A stretch of 64,000 nt of DNA from an uncultured Actinomycetota bacterium (GTDB taxonomy: Bacteria; Actinomycetota; Actinomycetes; JAFAQI01), in assembly GCA_963770565.1 (NCBI GenBank), contig CAVYQE010000001.1:1408001-1472000 (forward strand), read 5' to 3'. The number at the start of each line of letters is the position of its first letter. Position 1 is the stretch's first letter. The notes under the pieces are model-generated. The model made no database searches. It was not told the origin of the DNA and saw only the letters and a program-made list of their open reading frames with translations. A program made the translations under genes and the position numbers. This document shows positions 33,480 through 49,080 of this stretch, piece by piece.

Positions 33480-34174
33480 TCGACGCCGTCTTGTTCGACT
33501 GGGGTGGCACGATCACGCCGTTCCACGACATCGACCTGCCCGAGCTGTGGACCGCCGCGGCCGAGCTGCTGGCCCCCGACCGGGTCGATGAGGTCGCGGC
33601 CGCGCTGGCCGCGATCGAGGAGCAGTGCTGGGAGCGCACCGGCGACACGATGGCGAGCTTCACCACCGCGGAGCTGCTGCGGATCGCGACCGTTGAGCTC
33701 GGCCTCGATGTCGAGGACGCCGTGCACGACATGGCGAGGGACGCCTATCGCGGCGGCTGGGCGCCCCACCTAGTGTCCCGGCCCGGCGCGGCCGAGGTGC
33801 TCCGCGGGGTCAAGGAGCGCGGGCTGCGTACCGGTCTGCTCTCGAACACGCACTGGCCGCGGGACTGGCACGAAGATGCGCTCGCCGCGGACGGGTTGCT
33901 GGAGTTTCTCGACGCGCGGGTCTACACCAGCGAGATCCCGCACCTCAAGCCACACCCAGAGGCGTTCGCGGCGGTCATGGACGCGGTCGGCACCACTGCC
34001 GAGCGAGCCGTGTTCGTCGGCGACCGGCTCTACGACGACATCAGCGGAGCCAACGCGCTCGGGATGCGGGCGGTGTGGATCCGCAACGACAAGGTGCCGG
34101 CGTACGTCGTCGAGCCGGATGCGGTGATCGAGGAGCTCGACGAGCTGCTCGACGTCATCGACGCCTGGCGCTAG
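33476..34174 (+). CDS. HAD-family hydrolase
   Basis: [26 protein letters not shown]. Confidence 0.88.
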   Translation: MIDAVLFDWGGTITPFHDIDLPELWTAAAELLAPDRVDEVAAALAAIEEQCWERTGDTMASFTTAELLRIATVELGLDVEDAVHDMARDAYRGGWAPHLVSRPGAAEVLRGVKERGLRTGLLSNTHWPRDWHEDALAADGLLEFLDARVYTSEIPHLKPHPEAFAAVMDAVGTTAERAVFVGDRLYDDISGANALGMRAVWIRNDKVPAYVVEPDAVIEELDELLDVIDAWR

Positions 34175-34180
34175 CCGGAA

Positions 34181-34594
34181 TCAGGCCGGCTGGCCGGGCA
34201 GGGCCTGGGTGCCGCCCCAGTGGGTCGCCCGCACCGCCGCCTCGGCGAGCCAGCCGATGCCCAGTGACCGCACCGACGTCGAGGTCGCGCTCGCCGCGAT
34301 CAGGTCCCAGGCCGCGCCGGCGCACCCCTGCTCGAGCTGGGCGGCGAGCCGGCCTGCGCTCGCGGCGTCGGTGACCGGGAACGGCAACCGGTACGCCGGC
34401 CGGGCGACCACCGGGGTGGCACCGAGCGAGCCGACCAACTCGATCAAGCGGTCGCGCGTGACCATGTGGGCCGCCAGGGCGGCGGTCGCGTAGCGCTGAT
34501 CCGCACCGGTGAGCCGGGCCCCCACGACCCCGTAGCCGTAGACGGTCGCGTTCTCGGCGGCCAGCGCGGCCTGGAGCGCCTTGACAACGGTCAC
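34181..34594 (-). CDS. Ferritin-like domain protein (DUF4439 type)
   Basis: ALQAALAAENATVYGYG, H...RD, Y.LPFPV, LE; upstream-of-rimP position. Confidence 0.75.
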   Translation of the reverse strand: MTVVKALQAALAAENATVYGYGVVGARLTGADQRYATAALAAHMVTRDRLIELVGSLGATPVVARPAYRLPFPVTDAASAGRLAAQLEQGCAGAAWDLIAASATSTSVRSLGIGWLAEAAVRATHWGGTQALPGQPA

Positions 34595-35034
34595 TGCAGG
34601 CTGGCCTCGTGCGAGGCCGCGATGCTCGCGAACAGCGCGGCGTTCGTCCCGTTCACCGCGGCGAGCGAGAACCCGCGAAGGGTGGCCACCGAGCCGTGCA
34701 GGGCCCGCCGCAGGTTGGTCACGACCGCGATGTCGGCGACGTCGGGGGCGTTCAGGTCGGCCGACTTGAGCGCCGCGAGATGGGTGGCGTGCACGGCCCG
34801 GGCGACCTGCAGGATGGCCCGGTGGCGGGCCGTGGCGTGCGCGATCTTCGCGTCGTACGACGCGAGGAGCAGTGACTCGAGGTTGCGGGCGGAGATCAGC
34901 GCCGCAGCGTCGGGAGCGACCACCGGGGCGGGTGGGGTGGGCCGACGATGCTTGCCGCAACCGGCCACCGTGACCAGCGCGCCGGCCAGCAGTGCCCGCC
35001 TGGAGATCGCGCGCCCGGAGATTTGCACTGTCAC
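34591..35034 (-). CDS. Putative Tat-exported lipoprotein
   Basis: SRRALL twin-arginine motif, VAGC lipobox, ASIAASHEA terminus; stop overlaps the ferritin-like start. Confidence 0.65.
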   Translation of the reverse strand: MTVQISGRAISRRALLAGALVTVAGCGKHRRPTPPAPVVAPDAAALISARNLESLLLASYDAKIAHATARHRAILQVARAVHATHLAALKSADLNAPDVADIAVVTNLRRALHGSVATLRGFSLAAVNGTNAALFASIAASHEASLQ

Positions 35035-35076
35035 GAGTGTGCCATCACGGCTGTCCTGGTCGGTACGGTGTGCCGC

Positions 35077-35535
35077 ATGGCCGTGCTCTCGCAATCCCGA
35101 CTGCGCGAGCTGCTCGAGCCGGCCGTGACCGGGGCGGGCTACGACCTCGAGTCCGTCACGGTGACGAGTGCCGGCCGCCGCAGCGTGGTTCGGGTCGTGG
35201 TCGATCGCGACGGCGGGGTCGATCTCGACGCGGTCGCCGAGGTCTCGCGGGCGGTGTCCGCGGTGCTCGATGCCGCGGGCGAGCTGGGGGAGTCGCCGTA
35301 CGTCCTCGAAGTCACCTCTCCCGGCGTCGACCGGCCGCTGACCGAACCCCGGCACTGGCGCCGCAACAAGGGCCGGCTGGTCCAGGTCGGCGAGTTGACC
35401 GGAAGGATCCGGGAGGTCACCGATCAGGCGGTGTCCATCGAGGTCGACGGAGTCGAACGAGACATCGAGTTCCGCGACCGCCCGGAGGGCCGAGTCATTG
35501 TCGAGTTCACGCACAGCGAGGAGTGGTCGCCGTGA
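35077..35535 (+). CDS. rimP: Ribosome maturation factor RimP
   Basis: [27 protein letters not shown]. Confidence 0.93.
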   Translation: MAVLSQSRLRELLEPAVTGAGYDLESVTVTSAGRRSVVRVVVDRDGGVDLDAVAEVSRAVSAVLDAAGELGESPYVLEVTSPGVDRPLTEPRHWRRNKGRLVQVGELTGRIREVTDQAVSIEVDGVERDIEFRDRPEGRVIVEFTHSEEWSP

Positions 35536-36515
35536 ACATCGACGTCACCGCGTTGCGCGGGCTGGTCCGGGAGAAGGATGTCTCCTTCGACACCGTGGTG
35601 GAGGCGATCGAGTCGGCGTTGCTGGCCGCCTACCACCGCACCGAGGGCGCGCACGAGCGGGCGCGGGTGCAGCTCGACCGCAAGACCGGCGAGGTCACCG
35701 TCTGGGCCCAGGAGGTCGACGAGGCGGGCGAGGTGACCAGCGAGTCGGTCGACACCCCGAGCGACTTCGGCCGGATCGCGGCTATGACCGCCAAGCAGGT
35801 GATCATGTCGAGGCTTCGCGACGTCGCCCAGGAGACGACGTACGGCGAATACGCCGGCCGCGAGGGCGACCTGGTCAGCGGGCTGGTCCAGCACCACTCC
35901 GGGGTCCGGCCGGACGGCCCGGTCTTCGTCCACCTCGGTGACATCGAGGGCGTGCTCCCGCACGCCGAGCAGGTGCCGGGCGAGCGCTATGTCCACGGCG
36001 ATCGCCTGCGTTGCCTGGTGATCGGGGTGCACAAGGGCCCGCGAGGTGCCCAGGTCACCTTGTCGCGCAGCCACCCGAACCTGGTCCGCAAGCTGTTCGC
36101 GATGGAGGTGCCCGAGATTGCGGACGGCACGGTCGAGATCGCCGCGATCGCCCGGGAGGCCGGCCACCGGACGAAGGTCGCGGTTCGCTCGAACTCGCCC
36201 GACGTCCGGGCGCGCGGCGCGTGCATCGGGCCGATGGGCTCCCGGGTGCGGGCGGTCGTGACCGAGCTGCATGGGGAGAAGATCGACATCATCGACTGGG
36301 ATCCCGACCCGGCCACATTTGTCGGAAATGCACTCTCGCCGGCCCAGGTCACCAGCGTGACCGTGGTCGATCCGGTGGCCAAGGCGGCCCGGGTCGTGGT
36401 CCCCGACTTCCAGCTCTCGCTCGCGATCGGCAAGGAAGGCCAAAACGCCCGCCTGGCGAACCGGCTCACCGGCTGGCGGATCGACATCCACGCGGAGGAG
36501 ACCCCACCGGGCTAG
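35532..36515 (+). CDS. nusA: Transcription factor NusA
   Basis: [45 protein letters not shown]. Confidence 0.97.
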   Translation: MNIDVTALRGLVREKDVSFDTVVEAIESALLAAYHRTEGAHERARVQLDRKTGEVTVWAQEVDEAGEVTSESVDTPSDFGRIAAMTAKQVIMSRLRDVAQETTYGEYAGREGDLVSGLVQHHSGVRPDGPVFVHLGDIEGVLPHAEQVPGERYVHGDRLRCLVIGVHKGPRGAQVTLSRSHPNLVRKLFAMEVPEIADGTVEIAAIAREAGHRTKVAVRSNSPDVRARGACIGPMGSRVRAVVTELHGEKIDIIDWDPDPATFVGNALSPAQVTSVTVVDPVAKAARVVVPDFQLSLAIGKEGQNARLANRLTGWRIDIHAEETPPG

Positions 36516-36523
36516 ACTTCGGT

Positions 36524-36826
36524 GTGGCCAGCAGCGTCGAGCCGGTCCGCACATGTGTCGGGTGCCGGGTCCGCGCTGCCAAGCCGGACCTGTTGCGCGT
36601 CGTCGCGGTCGCGGGAGCCCTGCTCCCCGATCGGCGAGGGACCTCGAGTGGGCGTGGTGTGCACCTGCACCCCGACCCCGAGTGCCTCGCACTGGCGGAG
36701 CGTCGCCGGGCGTTCCACCGGGCTTTTCGCCTCGACGGGCCGCTGCGGACGGACGACCTGCTTGACTACCTCACGCAGCACCACCAAAAGAACGATCACC
36801 ACGAGCAGAGCGGAACCACCCCATGA
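36524..36826 (+). CDS. ylxR: YlxR/DUF448 RNA-binding protein
   Basis: PVRTCVGCR, LLRVV, GRG..LHP...C...A.RRRAF; TAGACT 5 nt upstream of the GTG. Confidence 0.85.
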   Translation: MASSVEPVRTCVGCRVRAAKPDLLRVVAVAGALLPDRRGTSSGRGVHLHPDPECLALAERRRAFHRAFRLDGPLRTDDLLDYLTQHHQKNDHHEQSGTTP

Positions 36827-36868
36827 GCGCTCGATGAGCCAGCACCGATGAGTACCGCCGTGCACTGA
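36823..36868 (+). other. Chain of three ATGA-overlapped micro-ORFs (MSAR, MSQHR, MSTAVH) upstream of infB
   Basis: ATG AGC GCT CGA TGA (36823-36837); ATG AGC CAG CAC CGA TGA (36834-36851); ATG AGT ACC GCC GTG CAC TGA (36848-36868). Confidence 0.6.
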
Positions 36869-36915
36869 CAACGGCTTGCGGGCAGACCGACCGCGGGCCA
36901 CCGAAGGAGAAGTTT

Positions 36916-39599
<2,684 letters not shown>

Positions 39600-39603
<4 letters not shown>

Positions 39604-40019
39604 GCCAGCTCGATGCCGCCCGGATCCGGAAGATGAGTGTCCGGGTGCGGGAGATCGTGGCCCACGTGGTCGAGCGTCAGATCAAGGACGACCGGCTGGG
39701 CATGGTCACGATCACCGACGTCCGGATGACGCCCGACTTGCACGAGGCGACCGTGTTTTGGACCGTCTGGGGTGACGACACGGCCCGGGCCGAGAGTGCG
39801 GCCGCGCTCGAGCGCGCGACCGGCGTGGTGCGAAGCGCGGTGGGCCGGGCCACCGGGCTCAAGCACACCCCGAGCATCACCTTCATCCTCGACGCGCTGC
39901 CGGACAACGCGGTGGCAATCGAAGCCGCGCTGGCCCGTGCCCGGGACGAGGACGAACGCGTCCACCGGGCCGCCGAGGGGGCACAACCAGCGGGCGAAGC
40001 GGATCCGTATAAGTCGTGA
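39600..40019 (+). CDS. rbfA: Ribosome-binding factor A
   Basis: [24 protein letters not shown]...F..D. Confidence 0.93.
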
Positions 40020-40876
40020 CCGACGGAATCGTCGTCGTCGACAAGCCGTCCGGGTGGACCTCGCACGACGTGGTCGCCCGGCTGCGCCGGCTCGCCGGCA
40101 CCCGCCGGGTGGGCCACGCCGGCACGCTCGACCCGATGGCCACCGGCGTCCTGGTGGTCGGGATCGGCCAGGCGACCAGGCTGCTCGGCCACCTGGCACT
40201 GACCGACAAGGACTACGACGCAACCATTCGCCTCGGTGCTTCGACGACAACCGACGACGCCGAAGGCGAGATAACCGCCGAAGCCGAAGGCGAGGCCCTC
40301 ACTGAGATAACCGATGCTGCCATCGCAGCCGCGATCACCGGCCTGACCGGCGACATCGAGCAGGTCCCGAGCGCGGTCTCCGCGATCAAGGTCGACGGGG
40401 TCCGCGCTTACAAGCGGGCCCGGGCCGGCGAGACCGTCGAGCTGACGGCGCGCCGGGTCCGCATCGCGGCCTTCGACGTTCTCGCGCGGCGCGGGGCTGA
40501 CCTCGACGTGTATGTCTCCTGCTCGACCGGCACCTACATCCGGGCCCTTGCTCGCGACCTCGGCGTGGCGCTGGGGGTCGGCGCGCACCTGACCGCGCTG
40601 CGCCGGACCCGGGTCGGCGGTTTCACGATCGAGACGGCGCGGACCCTCGAACAACTCGAGGCGCGCCTCGACGTAGTGCCGCTCAGTGCGGCGGTCGCGG
40701 CCGCGTTCCCGCGGATCGACGTCACCGAGGAGGAGGCCCGCCGGATCGGCCAGGGCCAGCGGCTCGTGCTCGACCTGCCGGCCTCGCCGGCCGGCGTGTT
40801 CGACCCGGGCGGGCGGGTGGTCGCGCTGGTCGAGAACCGCGACGGCGTTGCCCAGCCGAAGTGCGTGTTCGCATGA
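40016..40876 (+). CDS. truB: tRNA pseudouridine(55) synthase
   Basis: DKPSGWTSHDVV, GHAGTLDPMATG, CSTGTYIR. Confidence 0.96.
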   Translation: MTDGIVVVDKPSGWTSHDVVARLRRLAGTRRVGHAGTLDPMATGVLVVGIGQATRLLGHLALTDKDYDATIRLGASTTTDDAEGEITAEAEGEALTEITDAAIAAAITGLTGDIEQVPSAVSAIKVDGVRAYKRARAGETVELTARRVRIAAFDVLARRGADLDVYVSCSTGTYIRALARDLGVALGVGAHLTALRRTRVGGFTIETARTLEQLEARLDVVPLSAAVAAAFPRIDVTEEEARRIGQGQRLVLDLPASPAGVFDPGGRVVALVENRDGVAQPKCVFA

Positions 40877-41751
40877 CCGGCAGCGTCGTACCGATCGGGA
40901 TCTTCGACGGCGTCCACCGTGGCCACCAGATGGTGCTGGCCCGCGCGGTCGAGGCGGCTCGCGGCCACGAGGCAGAGGTGGTCGTCGTCACCTTCGACCC
41001 CCACCCGGTGGCGGTCCTTCGCCCCGACGCGATGCCGATGATGCTGACCACGATCGAGCGGCGGATTGCCCTGCTCGAGTCCTACGGCGCCGACCGCGTG
41101 GTGGTCTTGGCGTTCACGGAGGAGCTCTCGCACCAGACCGCGCAGGAGTTCGTCGAGCTGACCCTGCTCGAGCGGCTGCACGCGGTCGGGGTGGTGGTGG
41201 GCGCCAACTTCCGCTTCGGTCATGGGGCGGCCGGCGACGTCGCGCTCATGCGCAAGTACGGCCTCGAAGTCGACGACCTGCCGCTGCTCGACCTCGGCGA
41301 GGTAGTGACCTCGACCCGGATCCGCGCACAGGTCGCCGCCGGCGAGGTCGAGGCGGCGGCCGAGCTGCTCGGACGGTTGCACCTGGTCGAAGGCCCGGTG
41401 GTGCGGGGCGACGCCCGCGGCCGCTCGCTCGGCTTCCCCACTGCCAATGTGGCCGTCGCCGACGGCATCGCGATCCCGAGCGACGGGGTCTACGCCGGCT
41501 ACCTGGTCCGGGCCGACGGCCGGCGGTCCAAGGCCGCCGTCAGCGTGGGGACAAATCCGACCTTTAACGGCGAGGTCCGCCGGGTCGAGGCCTATGTGAT
41601 CGACGAAGGGCACGAGCTCGAGCTGTACGACGAGCACGTGGTCGTGGAGTTCGCCGAGCGGCTTCGCGGCATGGTGCGCTTCGACACCGTCGAGGCCCTG
41701 GTGGGCCAAATGACCGACGACGTCGCGCAAGCCCGTACTCGGCTACACTGA
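40873..41751 (+). CDS. ribF: Bifunctional riboflavin kinase/FAD synthetase
   Basis: G.FDGVHRGH, TFDPHP, G.NFRFG, GFPTAN, GTNPTF. Confidence 0.95.
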   Translation: MTGSVVPIGIFDGVHRGHQMVLARAVEAARGHEAEVVVVTFDPHPVAVLRPDAMPMMLTTIERRIALLESYGADRVVVLAFTEELSHQTAQEFVELTLLERLHAVGVVVGANFRFGHGAAGDVALMRKYGLEVDDLPLLDLGEVVTSTRIRAQVAAGEVEAAAELLGRLHLVEGPVVRGDARGRSLGFPTANVAVADGIAIPSDGVYAGYLVRADGRRSKAAVSVGTNPTFNGEVRRVEAYVIDEGHELELYDEHVVVEFAERLRGMVRFDTVEALVGQMTDDVAQARTRLH

Positions 41752-41818
41752 GACGGTCAGTCAATCGTCTGCCCCTGTGGTGTAACCCTGTGGGCTGATA
41801 GTGCCAGGAGACCCCCGC

Positions 41819-42088
41819 GTGCCGCTCGATGCCGCAACCAAGCAAAAGATCATGACCGAATACGCCACTGGCGACGGCGACACCGGATCCCCTGAGGTAC
41901 AGGTCGCGCTGCTCAGCCAGCGCATCTCCGACCTGACTGAACACATGAAGCAACACAAGCATGACTTCCACACCCAGCGTGGTCTGCTGCTGCTCGTCGG
42001 CCGTCGTCGGCGAATGCTGCGCTACCTGGAAAGCACGGACGTGGAGCGCTACCGCACCCTGATTGCACGACTTGGTCTTCGCCGGTAG
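41819..42088 (+). CDS. rpsO: 30S ribosomal protein S15
   Basis: [14 protein letters not shown]...[21 protein letters not shown]. Confidence 0.97.
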   Translation: MPLDAATKQKIMTEYATGDGDTGSPEVQVALLSQRISDLTEHMKQHKHDFHTQRGLLLLVGRRRRMLRYLESTDVERYRTLIARLGLRR

Positions 42089-42128
42089 CGAGCCAGCCGA
42101 ACTACGCGCTGGCCTGACGTTGCGAGCG

Positions 42129-42184
42129 CCGGTCTTCGGTAGTGGTGTGCAGGACAAGACCTGCGCGCTTCGATCGATGACCGG
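42129..42184 (+). ncRNA. Actino-pnp-like cis RNA hairpin in the pnp leader
   Basis: CCGGTCTTCGGTAGTGG...GCTTCGATCGATGACCGG with outer pairing CCGGTC/GACCGG and an inner GCAGG/CCTGC stem; matches the known actinobacterial rpsO-pnp motif from memory. Confidence 0.75.
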
Positions 42185-42226
42185 TCCGCCCAACAGTCTG
42201 GCGCACTCTCCCGAATGGAGGTGCCC

Positions 42227-44449
42227 GTGACGGGCTCCGACGAATACAGTTCCGAAGCAATCCTCAAGAGCTCCCTCGGTGAGCGGACCATCCGGTTCGA
42301 AACCGGGCGGCTCGCCCAGCAGGCCGCGGGTTCCGTGGTCACCTTCCTCGACGACGACACCATGGTGTTGTCCGCGACGACCGCGTCGAAGAACCCGAAG
42401 GACAACCTCGACTTCTTCCCGCTCACCGTCGACGTCGAAGAGCGGCAGTACGCCGCCGGCAAGATCCCTGGCTCGTTCTTCCGCCGCGAGGGTCGCCCGA
42501 GCGAGGACGCGATCCTCACCTGCCGGCTCACCGACCGGCCGCTGCGCCCAAGCTTCGCCAAGGGCCTGCGCAACGAGATCCAGATCGTGTCCACGATCAT
42601 GGCGCTCGACCCCGACCACCTGTACGACGTGATCGCCATCAACGGCGCGGCCTGCAGCGTGCTGCTCGCCGGGCTGCCGTTCTCCGGCCCGGTGGCCGGC
42701 GTCCGGGTCGCGTTGATCGACGGCGAATGGGTGCCTTTCCCGTCGTACTCCGAGCTCGAGCGCGCGGTCTTCGACATGGTCGTCGCCGGCCGTGTGGTCG
42801 AGGGCGGCGACGTCGCGATCATGATGGTCGAGGCCGAAGCCACCGCGAAGACGATCGAGCTCATCGCGGGCGGCGCCCAGGCGCCGACCGAGGAGATCGT
42901 GGCGCAGGGGCTCGAGGCGGCGAAGCCGTTCCTCGCGCAGCTGTGCGAGGCCCAGCAGAAGCTCGCCGACGCGGCCGCCAAGCCGACCCGGGACTTCCCG
43001 GTCTTCCTCGACTATGCCGACGACGTTCTGGACGCGGTGACCGCCGCGGTCACCACTGAACTGGCGGCGGCGCTCACGATCGCCGACAAGCAGCAGCGCG
43101 AGACCGAGCTCGACCGGGTCAAGGACCTCGCGAAGGAACGCACCGCTGAGGCGTTCGAGGGCCGGGAGAAGGAGGTCAGTGCGGCCTACCGCTCGCTGAC
43201 CAAGAAGCTCGTCCGCCAGCGCGTCATCGCCGATGGCGTCCGCATCGACGGCCGGGGCGTTCGCGACATCCGGACCCTGTCCGCCGAGATCGACGTCGTA
43301 CCGCGGGTCCACGGCTCGAGCCTGTTCGAGCGCGGCGAGACCCAGATCCTCAACGTCGCCACCCTGAACATGCTCCGCATGGAGCAGATGGTCGACACCC
43401 TCTCGCCGGAGACCCGCAAGCGCTACATGCACCACTACAACTTCCCGCCCTACAGCACCGGTGAGACCGGCCGGGTGGGATCGCCGAAGCGGCGCGAGAT
43501 CGGCCACGGTGCGCTCGCCGAGCGGGCGCTCGTGCCGGTGCTGCCGAGCAAGGACGAGTTCCCGTACGCGATCCGCGCGGTGTCCGAGGCGTTGGGCTCC
43601 AACGGCTCGACGTCGATGGGCTCGGTCTGCGCATCGACGCTGTCGCTGATGGCCGCGGGCGTGCCGCTCAAGGCTGCGGTCGCGGGTATTGCGATGGGCC
43701 TTATCAACGAGGGCGAGGACTTCGTCACCCTCACCGACATCCTCGGTGCCGAGGACGCATTCGGCGATATGGACTTCAAGGTCGCCGGAACCCGCGACTT
43801 CGTGACCGCCCTGCAGCTCGACACCAAGCTGACCGGCATTCCCGCGTCGGTTCTCGGTGGTGCGCTGCAGCAGGCCCGCGACGCCCGGATGACGATCCTC
43901 GACGTGATGGCCGAGGCCATCGATGCGCCGGGCGAGATGTCGCCGTACGCGCCGCGGATCATCACCGAGAAGATCCCGGTCGACAAGATCGGCGAGATCA
44001 TCGGGCCCAAGGGCAAGATCATCAACCAGATCCAGGCCGACACCGGCGCGGACCTCACAGTCGAGGACGACGGCACGATCTACATCGCCGCGGTCGACGG
44101 GACCAAGGCCGAGGCCGCACTCCGTGCGGTCCGGTCGATCGTCTCGCCGCAGCTGCCCGAGGTCGGGGAGCGCTATCTCGGCACGGTCGTCAAGACCACG
44201 ACGTTCGGTGCCTTCATCTCGCTCACGCCCGGCAAGGACGGCTTGCTGCACATCTCGCAGATCCGCAAGATCGTCGGCGGCAAGCGGGTCGAGAACGTCG
44301 ACGACGTGCTGCCGGTCGGCAGCAAGGTACAGGTGCAGATCGGCGAGATCGACCCGAGAGGCAAGCTGTCGCTCGTGCCGGTCCTCGACGAAGCCGGCGA
44401 GGGCGGCGAGTCCGCGACCGAGGCCGCACCCGCCGACGACGAAGGCTGA
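42227..44449 (+). CDS. pnp: Polyribonucleotide nucleotidyltransferase
   Basis: [44 protein letters not shown] and S1 domains. Confidence 0.98.
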   Translation: MTGSDEYSSEAILKSSLGERTIRFETGRLAQQAAGSVVTFLDDDTMVLSATTASKNPKDNLDFFPLTVDVEERQYAAGKIPGSFFRREGRPSEDAILTCRLTDRPLRPSFAKGLRNEIQIVSTIMALDPDHLYDVIAINGAACSVLLAGLPFSGPVAGVRVALIDGEWVPFPSYSELERAVFDMVVAGRVVEGGDVAIMMVEAEATAKTIELIAGGAQAPTEEIVAQGLEAAKPFLAQLCEAQQKLADAAAKPTRDFPVFLDYADDVLDAVTAAVTTELAAALTIADKQQRETELDRVKDLAKERTAEAFEGREKEVSAAYRSLTKKLVRQRVIADGVRIDGRGVRDIRTLSAEIDVVPRVHGSSLFERGETQILNVATLNMLRMEQMVDTLSPETRKRYMHHYNFPPYSTGETGRVGSPKRREIGHGALAERALVPVLPSKDEFPYAIRAVSEALGSNGSTSMGSVCASTLSLMAAGVPLKAAVAGIAMGLINEGEDFVTLTDILGAEDAFGDMDFKVAGTRDFVTALQLDTKLTGIPASVLGGALQQARDARMTILDVMAEAIDAPGEMSPYAPRIITEKIPVDKIGEIIGPKGKIINQIQADTGADLTVEDDGTIYIAAVDGTKAEAALRAVRSIVSPQLPEVGERYLGTVVKTTTFGAFISLTPGKDGLLHISQIRKIVGGKRVENVDDVLPVGSKVQVQIGEIDPRGKLSLVPVLDEAGEGGESATEAAPADDEG

Positions 44450-44452
44450 GCG

Positions 44453-47658
<3,206 letters not shown>

Positions 47659-47675
47659 CACCCTGACATCGTGTC

Positions 47676-49043
47676 CTAGGGGCCCAGACGATAATCGTGC
47701 GGCTCGATCCGGACGGTGAGTCCGGTGGGGCTTCGCCAGGTCACGACGCCTTGGTCGTCTTTGGTGTAGGCCCAGTCGCCGTGGGTCTTGGCGCGGTGCC
47801 AGCGGCGGTCGACCGGGGTGGCGTTTCGTTCGTTGGTCGGGCCGCCCTGGTCGTGTGGCGTGTTGTGTTCCATGTCCGCCAGCCGGGCGTCGATCTGGCT
47901 GTAGGGGGCGGCGGAGTGGACGTGTTTCGCGATCAGGTGGTCGGCGAGCGCGGGCGGGACGGGGTAGGTGGTTCGGCCGTAGTCGAGCAGGTGCCCGGTG
48001 AGCGGATCGGTGACGAGCCGGCGTAACGGGGCGCGGTCGGCGAGCAGCCAGGCTGCGGCTTGGGCGGGGATCGGGCCGATCCCGGGGATCTCGGCGGGGT
48101 GGTTGTTGAGGCCGAGCAGGGTGCGCAGTTCGATCACGACGTTGACGGTGGGGGTGCGGCCGTGCCGGGTCGGGACGCCGGGGCCGGCGAGCCAGGCCTC
48201 GGTCAGGTCGCGCAACCCCGCGAGCTTGCGCTGATCGACGGTGCCACCGAGCTCGTCCTTGGTCTTGGCGGCGTGCGCGGTCAGGGCCATGTGGATGCCG
48301 GTGGTGATCTCCAACGGCCCGCGCATGTACAGCTCGCCGGTGCCGTCGTCGAGCGCGGTGTGGCTGACCGTGACCCGCGCCCGGGCCGCTGTGGCGCGGG
48401 CGGTGAACGTCGGGTCGAGCGCGGCAACCGCCCGGCGGACCGAGGCTTTGAACTGGGCGGTGGACTGCAACCCGGCCCGGGGCAGCACCCGCGCCTGCAC
48501 CTCGCGGGTGATCTCGTCCGGGAGCATCACGGTCGCACCGTGCAGCACCCGGGCCTGGGCCAGGCTCAACGCCCCGGTGCGCATCGCGTCCCGGGACGCG
48601 CTGAGCCGGCCGGCCAGGTCCCGGGCGAGCGCGATTAGCCCGTCCGCGGCGTACACGCTCGACCGGGTCGCGACCGCCACCTCGCACGCAGCGAACCGCT
48701 CCTCCCCAGCCTCGGCGACCCGGGTCGGGGCCGGACCGGCGATCACCGCGGTCAGCTCGGCCCGGACCGACTCGACATACCCGGTCATCGCGGTCAACTC
48801 CCGCAACGCCACGCTGCGCGCGGTCTCGGAAAGCACCTGCGCCGGCACCACGGACAAAAACGCCAACGCGGCCGGACCCGGACCCGCCGCGACCGCCCGC
48901 TCCACCAGCCGGTCACACGAATCGGCGTAGTCCGCGCTCACCCCCGCGGGCAGCCCGTCGGCCGGTACCGGCGGCAGCTGTGCCCAGACCTCGTCGGGGA
49001 TCGGCTCCCAGTCCTCCGGGACCCCACCAAACCAATCGAACAT
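47676..49043 (-). CDS. DUF222 (13E12-repeat type) protein with C-terminal HNH-like domain
   Basis: MFD start, G.LS...A, G.GPIPA, RRLVTDP.TG.LLDYGRTTY..P, D.EH..P...GG.T...N......HRAKTHG.W, W.SPTG. Confidence 0.82.
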   Translation of the reverse strand: MFDWFGGVPEDWEPIPDEVWAQLPPVPADGLPAGVSADYADSCDRLVERAVAAGPGPAALAFLSVVPAQVLSETARSVALRELTAMTGYVESVRAELTAVIAGPAPTRVAEAGEERFAACEVAVATRSSVYAADGLIALARDLAGRLSASRDAMRTGALSLAQARVLHGATVMLPDEITREVQARVLPRAGLQSTAQFKASVRRAVAALDPTFTARATAARARVTVSHTALDDGTGELYMRGPLEITTGIHMALTAHAAKTKDELGGTVDQRKLAGLRDLTEAWLAGPGVPTRHGRTPTVNVVIELRTLLGLNNHPAEIPGIGPIPAQAAAWLLADRAPLRRLVTDPLTGHLLDYGRTTYPVPPALADHLIAKHVHSAAPYSQIDARLADMEHNTPHDQGGPTNERNATPVDRRWHRAKTHGDWAYTKDDQGVVTWRSPTGLTVRIEPHDYRLGP

Positions 49044-49051
49044 ACGTTCGA
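49036..49051. promoter_or_regulatory. LexA (SOS) box overlapping the DUF222 start codon
   Basis: TCGAAC-ATAC-GTTCGA, a perfect match to the actinobacterial TCGAAC-N4-GTTCGA consensus. Confidence 0.85.
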
Positions 49052-49072
49052 CTCTAGGTCACCCCGCCGACA
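49051..49072 (-). promoter_or_regulatory. PafBC-dependent (RecA-NDp type) promoter
   Basis: The minus strand reads TGTCGG-cggggtgacc-TAGAGT, exactly TGTCGG-N10-TANNNT, 7 nt before the ATG. Confidence 0.75.
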
Positions 49073-49080
49073 ATTTCCCG
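49066..49080 (+). repeat. Left copy of 15-bp target-site duplication
   Basis: GCCGACAATTTCCCG, identical to 50518-50532. Confidence 0.9.
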
